From Glycera tridactyla (taxonomy: Eukaryota), in assembly GCA_965644265.1 (NCBI GenBank), contig OZ286468.1, positions 28,892,001 to 28,956,000 on the forward strand: 64,000 nucleotides of DNA, written 5' to 3'. Below the pieces are notes generated by a model. That model ran no database searches, was not told where the DNA came from, and was given only the letters and a program-made list of their open reading frames with translations. The translations under genes were made by a program, and so were the position numbers. This document shows, piece after piece, positions 12,301 to 24,938 of the stretch; position 1 is the stretch's first letter; the number at the start of each line of letters is the position of its first letter.

Positions 12301-14413
12301 TCCAGTCAATAGTAGTCAGTTTTAAAAAATTGCCTGATTGTGATAAATGGCTTTTTCTTCACTGCCGAAGCTGCTTTCAGCAAACAGTTAGGAAGTATGA
12401 CGTGAATCATGACTTTTCAGGTGTCCTTGATTTTTAGCGGATTTTTAGTTGTGATTGGAAACCAGTGTCTGAAATGATGGGACCTGTGGCTCATATGCAT
12501 TGCATGAAAGTATAAGATAGTCATCTAGTTTATTGATAATTAATCATTTAATGTATTTTGTTGCATGCTGTGAATAGTAGATTATTTTTTATTCAGTTTT
12601 TTTTTGTGATTCCTTGAGCTAAGAGGATTGAAGTGACATTTTTCCAGATTGTCACTTGCAATCATCAATCTGTTGGGTTCTCTTGTTTTTGTTTTGCTCA
12701 TTCTTAAACTGGTTCTGACTCTTCAAGAAGTAGTTTTACATTAGTTTACTGATTGATAATGAATTATGATGAATTGGAAATTGTTTGCTACATCAACCCA
12801 TCTCTTCTCATGTGTTTGACGAACTGAAAGCAGATGAAAGGATTGGGTTAGCTGAACGTGGAATTGATTTCTTTGCATCAAGTGATGAGTTTATGGTACT
12901 CACAATAATCTCAGGTATCAGGAAGGTTTCAAGATTAATCCGAATCCTTTTGTCAGCCCGTGGCAATTTTCTCGAATTCTCTCACATCTGACATTCAGTT
13001 GGTTGCCTGCTGCTGCCTAAGATGTCTTTGGCTTCATGCAATCCATGTCTGGACAAGCACTAGCCAAGTAGCAATTAGCCAAACGTCTATGGGCTTAAGC
13101 CATTATCATTTGGCTACTCAAGTTGGCCGAAGCAGCTAGCATGAATATCTGGGGCTTTCTCCTCATTCATCGCCCTATTCTAATCTACCTATTTCTTCCT
13201 CAGTGACCCTGAATCTGTGTTGAAATCATGATTTTAGATGTAACAACTTGCAAGATACTTTTCTGAGTAATAGTTTGTAAAACAGAAGAATTTCATTTAG
13301 AGTATGGCTTAAGTCTCTTCATGTCACCTCAAAATGAAACCATAACTTTCACTCAATCCAAAAAAAAAACACGGAAGAAAAACAAACTTTCACCCAATCT
13401 TTGATGAGATATTTTGCTCCAGCAATACTTGTGTAAGTGGACTGGTGTAAACAGGAAGGTGGCCATGTGGTTCAGTTGGTGTCACCTGCTCGCAAGATCA
13501 TTTTACAATGAAACGACTGCTTTCAACCCCTTATTAGGGTTTGTGAAAGTGAGGCCTGCAGGGGACATCTAGCTTTTATTGACCAGGAACACAACATACA
13601 TGATCTTCCACATAGATACATGTCATTAAATCACAACCAAAACAACCATCCTGTCATTGTGGAATTCAAAGTGCTGGTATGTGGTCGCCTCTTTTAATGC
13701 ATACCCATTGTCGACACCAGAGTGAACGGAGTTGTTGCGATTTCACTCACAAGCACCATTTCTCCAACAGCGAAATATGCGGTACTTGATGCCCATGAAA
13801 GAGGGATTCTTGTTTTTTCCGCAGTTTGTTAATTGAATGTGATGTTTCTGATGTGTATTTTTGTGTGATGTATCAACCCTCTAATTAAGATTTGTAGATG
13901 GCATGCTATGTCCTCTGTACCCATGTGTAACCAGTAAATGTTTGGGTCTGTGTCCTTGATTTTCACTCTCATTTTGCTTATGTGGGTGGGTGGTCTGCTG
14001 ATTCTGCTGAATATTTTTCACCCCCTGTGAGGTGAATTAGAAAATATACTTGATTCATAACAGTCAGTGCTCCATGAATCTTGAATGGTAACATCTGTCA
14101 TGGATCTTGTTTAAAAGTGTGTTGGAACATAGTGAGAGAAAAATTATCGTCCAATACATGTATATGTTTCATCACTTCTCGTGACCCATCCTCATTGGAT
14201 GGAATCTGATCTTCAAATTTGAGGTTTTCATGATCCCAAATGAACTCGAGTTATTTATCTGAATCATGGAACATTATTTTTTTCCCCTTCCAAATCCGAT
14301 AATGTTTGACAGCTGTAGAAGTGAAGCAAATCATCAAAATAATTCTACGCTATAGTTGGCAGGTTGTACCACAAGGTATTAATGGATTTGTTCGTTTGTT
14401 TTCTTTGTTTTAG

Positions 14414-14669
14414 GCTCATCTCAGTGGAGGAACGGTTACGAAGGGAACAAGTTGAGCTCAAGAATATAGTCGACCAGAAACAGACGGTCATCGAGTCACA
14501 GGAACGCCGCATTCAGTCACTAGATGCCGCCAACGCTCGCCTTCTTTCCGCTCTTAATCAACTGAAAGACCGATGTAACCCACCGAGCCGAAACGGAACG
14601 GTCAGCCCGATTAATCCCAAGTTGTCTATCGCCTCAGAGAACGGACAGTTCAAAAGCAGTTCGTGCTGA
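14414..14669 (+). CDS. DAB2IP/RASAL2/SYNGAP1-like: RasGAP canonical terminal exon
   Basis: Acceptor TTTTAG|G phase 2; LISVEERLRREQ...RIQSLDAANARLLSALNQLK...SENGQFKSSSC* closely matches the RASAL2/DAB2IP/SynGAP-alpha2 type ending (ENGEFKNSSC). Confidence 0.93.
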
Positions 14670-14727
14670 GTTGCTGATTGACGTGCCAAGATCGTCTGTG
14701 AATAGCAAGACATGTAACCTCATGATC

Positions 14728-15657
14728 TGTAAATAGCGCCCTCTAAGGCGTGTGTACATAGCGGCATGTCTTTGTAAATGGTGACCAAAGTACCCGTCAT
14801 GAACTGTGAATAGTGAGTTTGTGTAATGATGTCATGGATACAGTTGTCATGGAAACTGTGTATAAAGCGAGGCGTGCTTACTCATGGACTGAATTTGTAC
14901 AGTTGCATAACATGTTATTGTCATTCATGAAAAAGGGAGTTATGTGACCTCATGATGGTTCCAAAATGTTGCGATTAGTATGGCAGAGAACTTCATGAAG
15001 TATGACCAAATGTAGTTGGGTACACTGGCTATACCACTTCCTGTTTTTATAGGGGTTTCAAAACTGCCATGAGTAGAAAAGGAGCTGAAGAACCATAAAT
15101 CACAAGCATAAAGATTGATATTTAGAGATCAAGTTCACATTACTCACAGCAACTTTTAAAGGCAAGATGCTTTCAGATTTTCCTTCTGGAATCATTCCCG
15201 AATGTTGTCATGGACTGTAGCCATGAATTGTTAGTTACCCTGCTCCGAGTGAAGGGATTTTTTCATATGAGCCCGAGACTGAAAGTTTCAGAGGGTGTTA
15301 GTAAAATATTTTCAGGCATTTTTCTGTTGCCATCATTTATCATCTGTACTGTAGAGGGGTTATGACACCACAGATCCTTTTGTAAATGATGTCAAAAACA
15401 AATCTTTGTGTTGAAATATTGGCTTTAGGCAGCATTTTCAGTTCCATCTTTTTTCTTGAGAACGTTAGGATTTTTTCCCCACAAATTTTCATCAATCATG
15501 TTGATGAAACTGACCAACCAAGAATCACCCATAAATGCAAATATTTGTTTTGGATCTGAATGAGGAATGGTCATTTTTTGAGTTCATTTTCAATAGTTGT
15601 AGGAGGAGGGATAACTCCAAATATCTTTCAATGGTCGCAATTTTTTTCCACATAGAA

Positions 15658-15712
<55 letters not shown>

Positions 15713-16033
15713 TGCGTGCATGTGTATTAGGTTGGATGCATGGGTTTGGTACGTAGATGTCAATAAGCACATAGCACTTGTTGTAAAGTGTCTGTACATA
15801 TAAACTTGCCGACAACAGTTGTCCTACATTCTCTCAGAACGAACGTGATATCCACAAACAATACCTTGCCCTTGCCATCTATATCTTTGCAAACTCTTCA
15901 CCGATATCATCACTAGGAAAGCATACTCGGTTAATATTCCATGAACCCTCTTAACATCCATGCAGTGGCTGGTAGAGAGCCAGTGCATGCTTTGTGAGTG
16001 ATCCTCAAAGTGATCGTCCCTACACTGTACATA
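14728..16033 (+). promoter_or_regulatory. Four Pumilio response elements (TGTAHATA) in the presumed RasGAP 3' UTR
   Basis: TGTAAATA 14728-14735; TGTACATA 14753-14760, 15793-15800 and 16026-16033. Confidence 0.4.
15661..15708. repeat. (TG)n microsatellite
   Basis: 24 TG units. Confidence 0.98.
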
Positions 16034-17751
16034 CACATACACCAAACTCAGGCTTGCTTAGCATTGCAGCAGATTAGTAGTTCTGACTAGAGGCACCAGA
16101 TGTCAGCTGGAAACAGCACTTGCCACCTGGTGGCATTACTACACACTACCCAAGGTTGTTGTTATACAGATTACAGTGACCTTCATCCTGATGTGACCAA
16201 TTCTGGCATTTGACTTTGACCACTACATTGATGACCTCTGCTGAAGGAGGTCACTGTATTCTACCATAGCAATGCACATTAGATCACTTTTATAATTGGT
16301 ACAGTCTGCAATTGTCCTGATTGATGTGATGTCGATTTCGGTGAGTTAACAAATTTCCAGTCCATTACAAATTGAAGTTTTGAGTTTTCTAGGTAATATT
16401 CTGCCACGGGGAGTTCTAGTGAGAATACTTCCAAAACTAGTCATGTTTGAAACAAATATTTTACCCATGGCAGTTGGCGCAAATGGTTTTTCACAAAGTG
16501 GTTGACAGATATATAAGGGTCATTCATTGATGATTTGTATTCTCTATCTAGAAGGTAGATTTTAGTTACAGTGTGCATTTAATCGGATCCCGAAACAGAA
16601 TGATATTGTAGAATCCAGTTCGACGATTCACTATTTCAGAGATATTTGATTTGAAATCTATCCTATTAGCACAAGCTTACGATATTCATGCCATTTCACT
16701 TGGTTGTAGGGTTACCCCTGATTGAAGCAATGGTTTCTTGTTGCTGTTCTCTGAGAGGATTGTAGCATCTTGGAACACCTGAATGAGATTGTGGGAACCA
16801 TCAATTCATACCCAACATCAGGGTTCGTACAGACTTGAAAAAACTCCTTGAATTGGACAGACTCCTCGAAAACTCCTTGAATTTTACTGGAAAATATGAT
16901 CTTGATCTGTAATAGTTGCGATACAAATTGGGGATGAAATCGACGGTGTTAATGCTGTCTGACATTTGAGTAACAAATAAAAGCACGTTTATTGCAAATT
17001 TTTCACAAAGGAGAATTGGTTTGCAATATGAGTCTTGAGTTGTGGCCAACGAAGATGTTCTTCCATGATTGTGTGAAGAATTTGCATTGAAGTGTGTTCT
17101 TTAGAAAGCTCTAGATCCCTTGATTTGTCCTTGAAAAGAATTTGAATTTGATAGAGGCAAAGAAGTACGAACCCTGCAACGTTACGCTTTAGATATTCTA
17201 TTCCTTTCTATTCGATCAATAACATACTATCATTACTTTTGAAGATTGGTATCAATAATATTCTTGCTCATCAAATGTTGGCATCTGTTGAAGTTGATTA
17301 TTATTGACTAGCATGTGTTATCAATACAATCAGTGCTTACATTATGCTTTATATCAGTGGATTTACTCTTATGACTGTCTTATTGGGGGATACTGACTCT
17401 GAAATGTTGAATTAGATGTTATTTCATCAGCATATCTTGACTATGTATTGCATGTTGGTCACTGTCAAAAGCAACTACTCTAAAATTGTTGCGGCGAGTA
17501 ATTCCATCAGGTTCCTCATCATCTTGTGTTCAGGGTTTGTGAGAGAGATGTCTGAAGGGGAGCTTTCGTTAACCAGAAACACACAGCATACATAACCCTA
17601 GGTTTGATACATAATGTTAAACCTCAAATAAACAAACAAACAATTAGTGATACTCTTTTTGATCATTACAAATACATGTACTGCTATCATTACTCTTAAA
17701 GATTTACATTGTCAATAATTCTGATTATCAAAGCTTGGCCTCCCTGCAATA

Positions 17752-18000
17752 NNNNNNNNNNNNNNNNNNNNNNNNNNNNNNNNNNNNNNNNNNNNNNNNN
17801 NNNNNNNNNNNNNNNNNNNNNNNNNNNNNNNNNNNNNNNNNNNNNNNNNNNNNNNNNNNNNNNNNNNNNNNNNNNNNNNNNNNNNNNNNNNNNNNNNNNN
17901 NNNNNNNNNNNNNNNNNNNNNNNNNNNNNNNNNNNNNNNNNNNNNNNNNNNNNNNNNNNNNNNNNNNNNNNNNNNNNNNNNNNNNNNNNNNNNNNNNNNN
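17752..18000. other. Assembly gap (249 N)
   Basis: N run. Confidence 1.
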
Positions 18001-18904
18001 GTCAAGGCATTCAGGCATGGAGGGCTCAGAAAAAAGCAGTTTTATGATATACAAAAATATACAGAAATCTTATTGTAGTCACTTCCTACATGAGTTCATG
18101 GTGCAATCAACTCTGAAATAGCAGGATTACAAATAATTACTCTAAAAACAGAAGATGCATTCCTTGATAGGATAGGGATGGATTTGGGTAGGATATGCAA
18201 GAGGAAGAAGACCTGGCAGAAAGGTTGCTACAGAGTGAAGTAGGATTTCTCTTCTCTCATCATTTCCGTGTTTTTGCTCAAAAACAGTATCAGTGAAGAT
18301 AGTGCACAATGTTTTTATGGGGTTCTAGTGGCCTTCAGTCACCAGTTGGTTGCGTTTGTTGATCGACAAAATCTTGGTATAAGTGCTCCCGGTCAGGTTT
18401 TCAGTGTTTTTGGTTGTGAGCCAATCACATCCATGCATATGATCTTAGATCTTTGGCTGAAATAAATATTCCGCCCTCACCACAACTTAACAGATGGTTA
18501 TATAGCTGAGAATTACATTTTCACTTTTCCTTTGTTATTGAGTTACTTTGGTAAAGTTGTCTTTACCAAAAGATGATGTGTTCAGACCAGTAAGTGACAA
18601 ACTATGTACATTCATTTTCCCATTTTGTTTTGTAATTATGTACAGAGAAAACTTTTAATTTATTCATGCAGAAAATCTACATGTTTAATTCGTATGGATA
18701 TTTTAAGATTTCCTTACTTGGTATACATTGTGAGTTGAAACTTTCAGATGAATTATTTTTGTTAAGTATGAATGCATGGGCATTTTCTAAACACCACTTG
18801 AGGAATCCACTCTTGCATACTTTTGGGCCTTGAATAGTTTTCTTTTCAACAGAAGTCTTAAAAGTTTGTATTTGATATTGTTGTGCGTACATCAGGAATC
18901 AACT

Positions 18905-18948
18905 ATTTATTTACGGTGTGCCGTAAATCATGTGATTATAAAAATAAA
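18905..18948 (+). terminator. Possible distal poly(A) signal of the RasGAP 3' UTR
   Basis: AATAAA 18943-18948 preceded by an AU-rich TATTTATTTA; an earlier AATAAA near 16976 is also possible. Confidence 0.3.
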
Positions 18949-19957
18949 ACAATGTATATAGATGGTCTGTTTGTTTTCTTTTTCTTCAACTCCTTTCTAT
19001 CCCTCTAAGCCCTTTCTTATTTCTTCAGCGAAATAGTCTCAGGTGTAGGTAGCTAATGGTTTCCCGGTACCAGATATTGTCACTATGCAAAAAGCGGGTA
19101 CCAGGCACAGAAATTGCTGGAGACTTGCCAAAACTCTCAGAATAGGTACTTATGAGATCATGTGAGGGTAGTTTCAGAAAATCTAATCATATTTCCGAAA
19201 ATCTTGCTTCATCAATTGACATCACTTCACAAAAACATATACCTACAAAGGCCCCCTGATCAGTGACTCTGATAGTATTCGGCACAGTATACAACTTCTC
19301 TATTATTTAAGCGGAACCTGCGATCAGAGACCTCTCAGCAGGAGACCATTTCTGCAGGGCAGCTTTACCTCTGACGAGAGACCACTGTTTGGAGACATAA
19401 AGGGCGGTCTCTCGTCAAAGCTTTCACTGGCTCCATATGTATATGGTTCTTTAAAAAAAAATGGTTCATCAGTTCAATGTGATACAGGTAGAGCTTCTTC
19501 ATTTGACCACCCTGACTGCATGGAAGACGGCATCTAGTTCTATAATGGGGCATACATATCAAACCCCAACCAAATATTGATGTCAATTGGTGACAATTTA
19601 AACATCAGCAAAATCACAAATTTCACTTGGGGATCCAGGCAGATGGCAGGGGGTCACAAAATGATTTTGTTGCCTTCATATACCAACTTGCATGTGCATG
19701 ATGATTTTGTACAAATGCAATAGTACTAATTCAATTGAACTAACCAATAGAAACACTTTGAAATGACACTTTTCGTGTCTGTGATTTTCATATCATTCCA
19801 ACTTAGTAGTTACTACCATTGCATGAGCATTTCAATGTAGCCCAGACGGTATCTGTGAAGTACTAGAAACTCTTTGACATGACGCTTTCAGTGTCTCAAT
19901 GCATGGGCATCTCAATATAGCACAAGTAATGCTCACAAATCGACAGGGACTCTTGAA

Positions 19958-20071
19958 ATCCAGAAGGAGGAGTCTTGAATGATCCCACCCATGCCCATTG
20001 CATGGGCGTCACAATATAGCCCAAATGGAGCTGACGTGACGTTAAACCCCCAACAAAACAAACAAACAAAC
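19958..20071 (+). mobile_element. SINE family A, 3' fragment
   Basis: GAAGGAGGAGTCTTGAATGATCCCACCCATGCCCATTGCATGGGCGTCACAATATAGCCCA...GACGTGACGTTAAACC plus (CAAA)n tail; same sequence at 32600, 36099, 47371 and 55897. Confidence 0.8.
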
Positions 20072-22079
20072 ACTTTTAGTGTGTGATTCTCATATCATCT
20101 CTCCTTACACTTAGTGTCTGTGATTTTCATATTCCGTGGGGGACCCAGGAGTCTCAAATATTACAACCCATGCTAAATGCATGGGCGTCTCAATTTAGCC
20201 CAGGTTGTGCTAACAAATCAACGGGAACGCTTTGAAATAACGCTTTCACTGTCTGTGATATTCGTATTTCACCTCCCATACCGTAGTTGACCAAGGACTC
20301 TGAAATAGATAACCTAACCTGTGCTCAATGCACGGGCGTCTCAATATAGCCCAGGCTGTGCCAACAAATCAATAGAAACGCTTTGAAATAACACTTTTAG
20401 TGACTGTGATTTTCATAATTCATGTGCATCTAAATATACCAGAGACTGACATTTTGCGGAGCGATGGTGGGCAAAAATGCCCAAGGGGTCATGGCAAGAT
20501 GGGCATTTTGGAAAAATGTTGGGCACACTGCGATTTTCGTTGGGCATATGACGAACGACACAAATTTGATCAATAACAATAACAGTGAATGAGTGGATAA
20601 AAGTGGATATTTATTGCATGAAACATCAAAATATCAACATATCAGATCACTGCCTGATTACAGATATCATTTCAAATTTCCTGTTGCAAAATTCACTGCA
20701 AAAATCATCCATCCCACTCAGCAACATAAACACAACTAGAAAAGTCTCGCAAGAAATTTAACTACAGATCCCCCCCCCCCCCCCATTCCCGTCCACACAC
20801 AATCAAAAATTGGTACAGAATTGGATTCAATCTGGTTTGATTTCTCACCAGGAGGACAAACTATCAACTCCAAGCAAACCACTGGTCATTTTCCTCCCTC
20901 ATCATATATTGCTCTCCAACTACTGTGAGAAATGATTTACTGTTGCAATAAAGAAACTCACTGGTGGCTGTAGTTTTCTAATGACAAAATTCACAACATG
21001 AGTCTCACCCATACACTGGGCTATAAAATCACAACTAGAAAAATCTGGCAAATGAATTTACAAGTATATTCCTCCACAGCTTTGTAACAAACATGGCTAA
21101 AAACACCCCTGAGAAAAGCATTTTGGAGTCCACAGGCCTTGTCAAGATACAAGATACAGGATCATTATTTAGTGCAGACATCAACAGTTCCGGACATGGC
21201 AATAGAAGAACAGAATAAAAATAAGGCCATAGGCCTAATCTCACACTGCATCCTGTGTTTTGTTTTCAATTGGACCATATTTTTGAATGAAATACTCATG
21301 AAACTAAATATGTGTTTTTTTGAGATTGGTTGTAGGTTGATGGATGTGCGGAACCATGACGGTACTAGATTAAATCTCGGAATAACTTCGACCTTTTCAA
21401 GGGCATGTTACAGAGACAGACACCCCATGATTTACAAGTGTAGCCAAGATTCAAGTTACTGGATTCACCCATATATCAACCTTTTTTTCACCGGGAGATG
21501 GCAAGACAGAGTCAAGAAGACTCATAACATTGCATGGAAAAAGATACAAATTCACTTGTTGCCATACTACAGGGAGATGGCAAAAGGAATCAGAGGCAGT
21601 CATTGTATGATATTGCAGGAAGGAGATGCAATTCATCATTTGTCAAGAGTGGTATCAAAAAGGCAAGTTGAATGTAATAAATGCAAAATATAAAGTGTAT
21701 CAATCTTCAAACTGTTACTTTATCAGTATGACAAAATTTGATTCAGTAAATGCCTGCCTGTATAACACAACTATGAAAGTTTTCAGATAATTATCTGAAA
21801 TCAGATATTTTGCATCGATAGCTCACATTTTCAGATATTTTGTCCATAATGAAAATTTCTGGAAGAAGACTGATTTCAGATATTTTTCATGATAGTGACT
21901 TTCATCCCTGACTAGTATTGCTTCTCACCACACGTACAGACTATCAACTTCACGCAGCTCCACTGAACATAAACAACTAGAAAAGTCTGGCAAGAAATCT
22001 AACTACATATCCTCCCCCAACACACATACACTTGAAAATTGGTACAGAATTGGATTCAATCAGGAGAAAATGCCTGGTA

Positions 22080-22223
22080 CAGTGAAACCTGCAACGAGAC
22101 ACCAAAATTCAGTCTCTCAATAGAGATGGTCTCATTGGAGGTATATTGAATATGTTGACTAGAAAAGTGGTCTCCTGTTAGAGGTGGACTCTCATCGGGG
22201 GTCTCTTGTTGCAGGTTTCACTG
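22080..22223. mobile_element. Tc1/mariner MITE nested in the hAT element
   Basis: TA|CAGTGAAACCTGCAAC ... GTTGCAGGTTTCACTG|TA: 16-bp perfect TIR, TA TSD, 144 bp. Confidence 0.85.
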
Positions 22224-22523
22224 TACAGTATAATACTTTTGGGTTGATCTCTCACCATTGGGACAAACTATTAACTCATGGGCAACGCCATTGGTCATTT
22301 GCCTCCCTCATCTTACATCGCTCTCCACATAATGGGCCAGCATATTAGAAATGGTTTGCTGTTGTGATAAAAGAAACACCCTGCTTGCAGTTGTTTTCCA
22401 GTGACGCACACTGGGGTATTAAACTCGACTAGAAAAATCTGGCATCAAAACTTACATAATGATTACTACATGTAGTAACACTGATTTTGGTTTCTCACCA
22501 CAGGGACATGCTACCAAGCAACA

Positions 22524-24859
22524 CTACTGGCTATCGTTGTTTCTCACCATATTTCGTGACCCCAGAAGATGCCTTCTTCGGAGTGCGCGCCACTTTTCCA
22601 ACACATCTCGAGAAAACTTTTCATATTCAGACCCTTCAGGGCTGGAATCATCCCTGTCAGGTGATTCGAGTTTCACCTTCATCAGCTGGCAGCATGTGTT
22701 GGGGTCGATGTTTGCCCTTCTGATAGTCGTAATGGCATTCTGCACACTGAAATCTCTCTCACAGTCTGCAGTGTGCACAGGCAAAATAAGTGCAATTCTA
22801 GCCAACGTGAGTAGATTCGGAAACTGTGTGCCATGGTTTATAGCAATTTGCTGCCACAGTTCCCTCATCTGGTCTCGGTAGTAACCATGTTCTAGTACTG
22901 CCCGTTTCAGCCGCCTCCATTCCTCTAATGCCTCATCACGATCAATGATCGGGGCGCATGTTTTGCCGATCAATGCGTCTTTGCTTTTGGGTTTCCAGGC
23001 GTGCGTCCTCTCATTTCCGAAGAAATCCAGGAGTGTGACCAGTTTGTCAGTGCCCCAGTCATCAAGGTCCTTCTCAGGGAGCAGGGAGATTGGTCTGAGG
23101 CCAAGGACGCTGAATGCAGCCATCAACGATTGTTCTGGGAACCGCGATTTCAAATTTTGAACTAAGGCCTCCACATACGCACATCGGAGGTTCTGAAGAT
23201 TTGTTTTTGTTTTTTGTATTTTGTGCCCCATGTAATTTTCTTTGTCAGGTCTATTTTCCCACTTCTCCATCTGACAGCCAGCTGGTACATCTGGTAGGGT
23301 GAACTTTTCCAGGTCTTTCAGGCAAAAATGCAGTTCAACCTTGATCACGGCAACATCCACGAGCTGCTTCTGAAAAAGCAGCTGTAGTTTGGCGACGATT
23401 GGAATGACATCCTCCATGAGGTGTAATAGGAACAGGAAGCGTTCGTTTGTGATTTCTCTATAAAGACCAACAGCCTTGGGGTCCTTCAAGTCAGATGCTC
23501 CAAAATACATCAGGAGTGCCTCAACGGTTCGGAAGATCGTATGCAAGGCCTCAAAGAAACTTAACCACCTGACTTCAAACACCTCCCGATATTTGAGCTG
23601 TGGGCTGTCCAGGATTTGTTGGATTTGTTGCATGTCATGCCTTTTACTCGATGCATATTTGAAATAATAGTATATATTTGTAAGAGTGTGAACAAATTCA
23701 TCAATAGTGTGAGTGACTGGCTCACCAGCTGCCTTGCTAGCCTGTGAAGTAGCAAGTGAAATTCTGTGGGCACCACAATGAATGTCACAGATATGAGCAT
23801 TCTCTCGCAAAAAATGTCCAGCTAGGCCTTTGCCATGACTAGTCATCGCACTGGCCCCGTCAGTACCAAGCCCGAACACTTTGGTTGCAATATCAACCCC
23901 CCGATCACTCAACTCTTTCTTTATTGCCCTGAAAACTGATTCTCCCGTGCCAGAAAATACTTCAACATCATTCAAAAACAATACTGACACATGCATAAAT
24001 GAGTTTACTGTTATGGCCCTGATGTCAAGTTTCTTTTTCACAGTAACATCCGTGCTCTCATCACATAAGATAGCAATATGAGTGGCATTTATCAACTTCT
24101 CAGTAGTTCTTTCATCGATGGCATCTGCCATGCACTGCAAGATCTCTTTCGCGGCTCGACTACTCTCGTACTTCACAGAGTCAGTGACATCGAGATGCTT
24201 AATGTGAGGGCAGCCAGTAGACTTGACTAGCTTGATGAGGCTGGGATAATCACTCAAAGGCCTATTCTGTTTAGCAATGTAATGAATGATCTTTAATGCT
24301 TCTAGAATGCCTTTCTCTTCATTCGTGAGAATCTTGCTGACAACCTTCGGCATCGCCTGAAACTGTTGTTTCGATCTTATCGCTTGCAGATGATCAGGGC
24401 TCTGAACATGCCTACTCAGAGTACTAGTCTTGAAATTCATTGTGCCCCGAACCATAGCGTTCTTTTGATTGAGACAGAAATGCACACAAATGTCACAGGA
24501 CATGATTTTGTCTTTAATAGAATACCGTAACCAGTCATACTGGGCAAGCCATTTATGATAAAAGATACCTGTGTGAGTCTTATCTGGATTTTTTGTGCTT
24601 GGTCGAGTCTCGCCACTGGTGCCAGGCTGAGGTGCCACACTGGTGCCTGCCTGAGGGTCTATGCTGGTGCTTGGCTTGGGGTCTACACTGGTGCCAGACT
24701 GAGCGTCCATGCTGGTAAACGGCTTGGGGTCCACACTGGTGCCAGACTGAGCGTCCATGCTGGTGCACGGCTTGGGGTCCACACTGGTGCCTGACTGCGG
24801 TTCCTCGCTGATGCCTGTCGGTCTCTCATGCAGCCCATCATCCTGCTTGGTTTTGTGTC
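22524..24859 (-). CDS. hAT transposase exon 2 (ZNF862-like: TTF-type zinc finger, DDE core, hATC dimerisation domain); spliced product 801 aa, uninterrupted
   Basis: Acceptor TTTTATTTTGCAG|GA at 24860/24859 matches phase 1 of exon 1 and joins in frame to ORF 22524..24782; motifs WL..CDIC..H..H, CDESTD, TDGASAM, HCGAHR, RWLS, TADCERDFS. Confidence 0.92.
24616..24795 (-). repeat. 24-bp coding tandem repeat (about 8 units) in the transposase N-terminus
   Basis: CTGGTG anchors every 24 bp from 24616 to 24784 (CTGGTA at 24712); peptide TSVDPKPC/TSMDAQSG alternating. Confidence 0.9.
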
Positions 24860-24938
24860 CTGCAAAATAAAGGAAAAAAAGATCTGTTGAATATTTTGAT
24901 GATTAATTGATCTGGTCTGAGTGTGGGTGTGGGGGTGA

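Noticed and set aside
14363-14413. Upstream in-frame acceptor (GGCAG|G) adding 17 aa to the last exon
   Set aside because: The added stretch is the polypyrimidine tract of the main acceptor and has no family similarity
21139-21693. 184-aa plus-strand ORF inside the hAT element
   Set aside because: No recognisable motif, non-ATG start, antisense to the transposase 3' UTR
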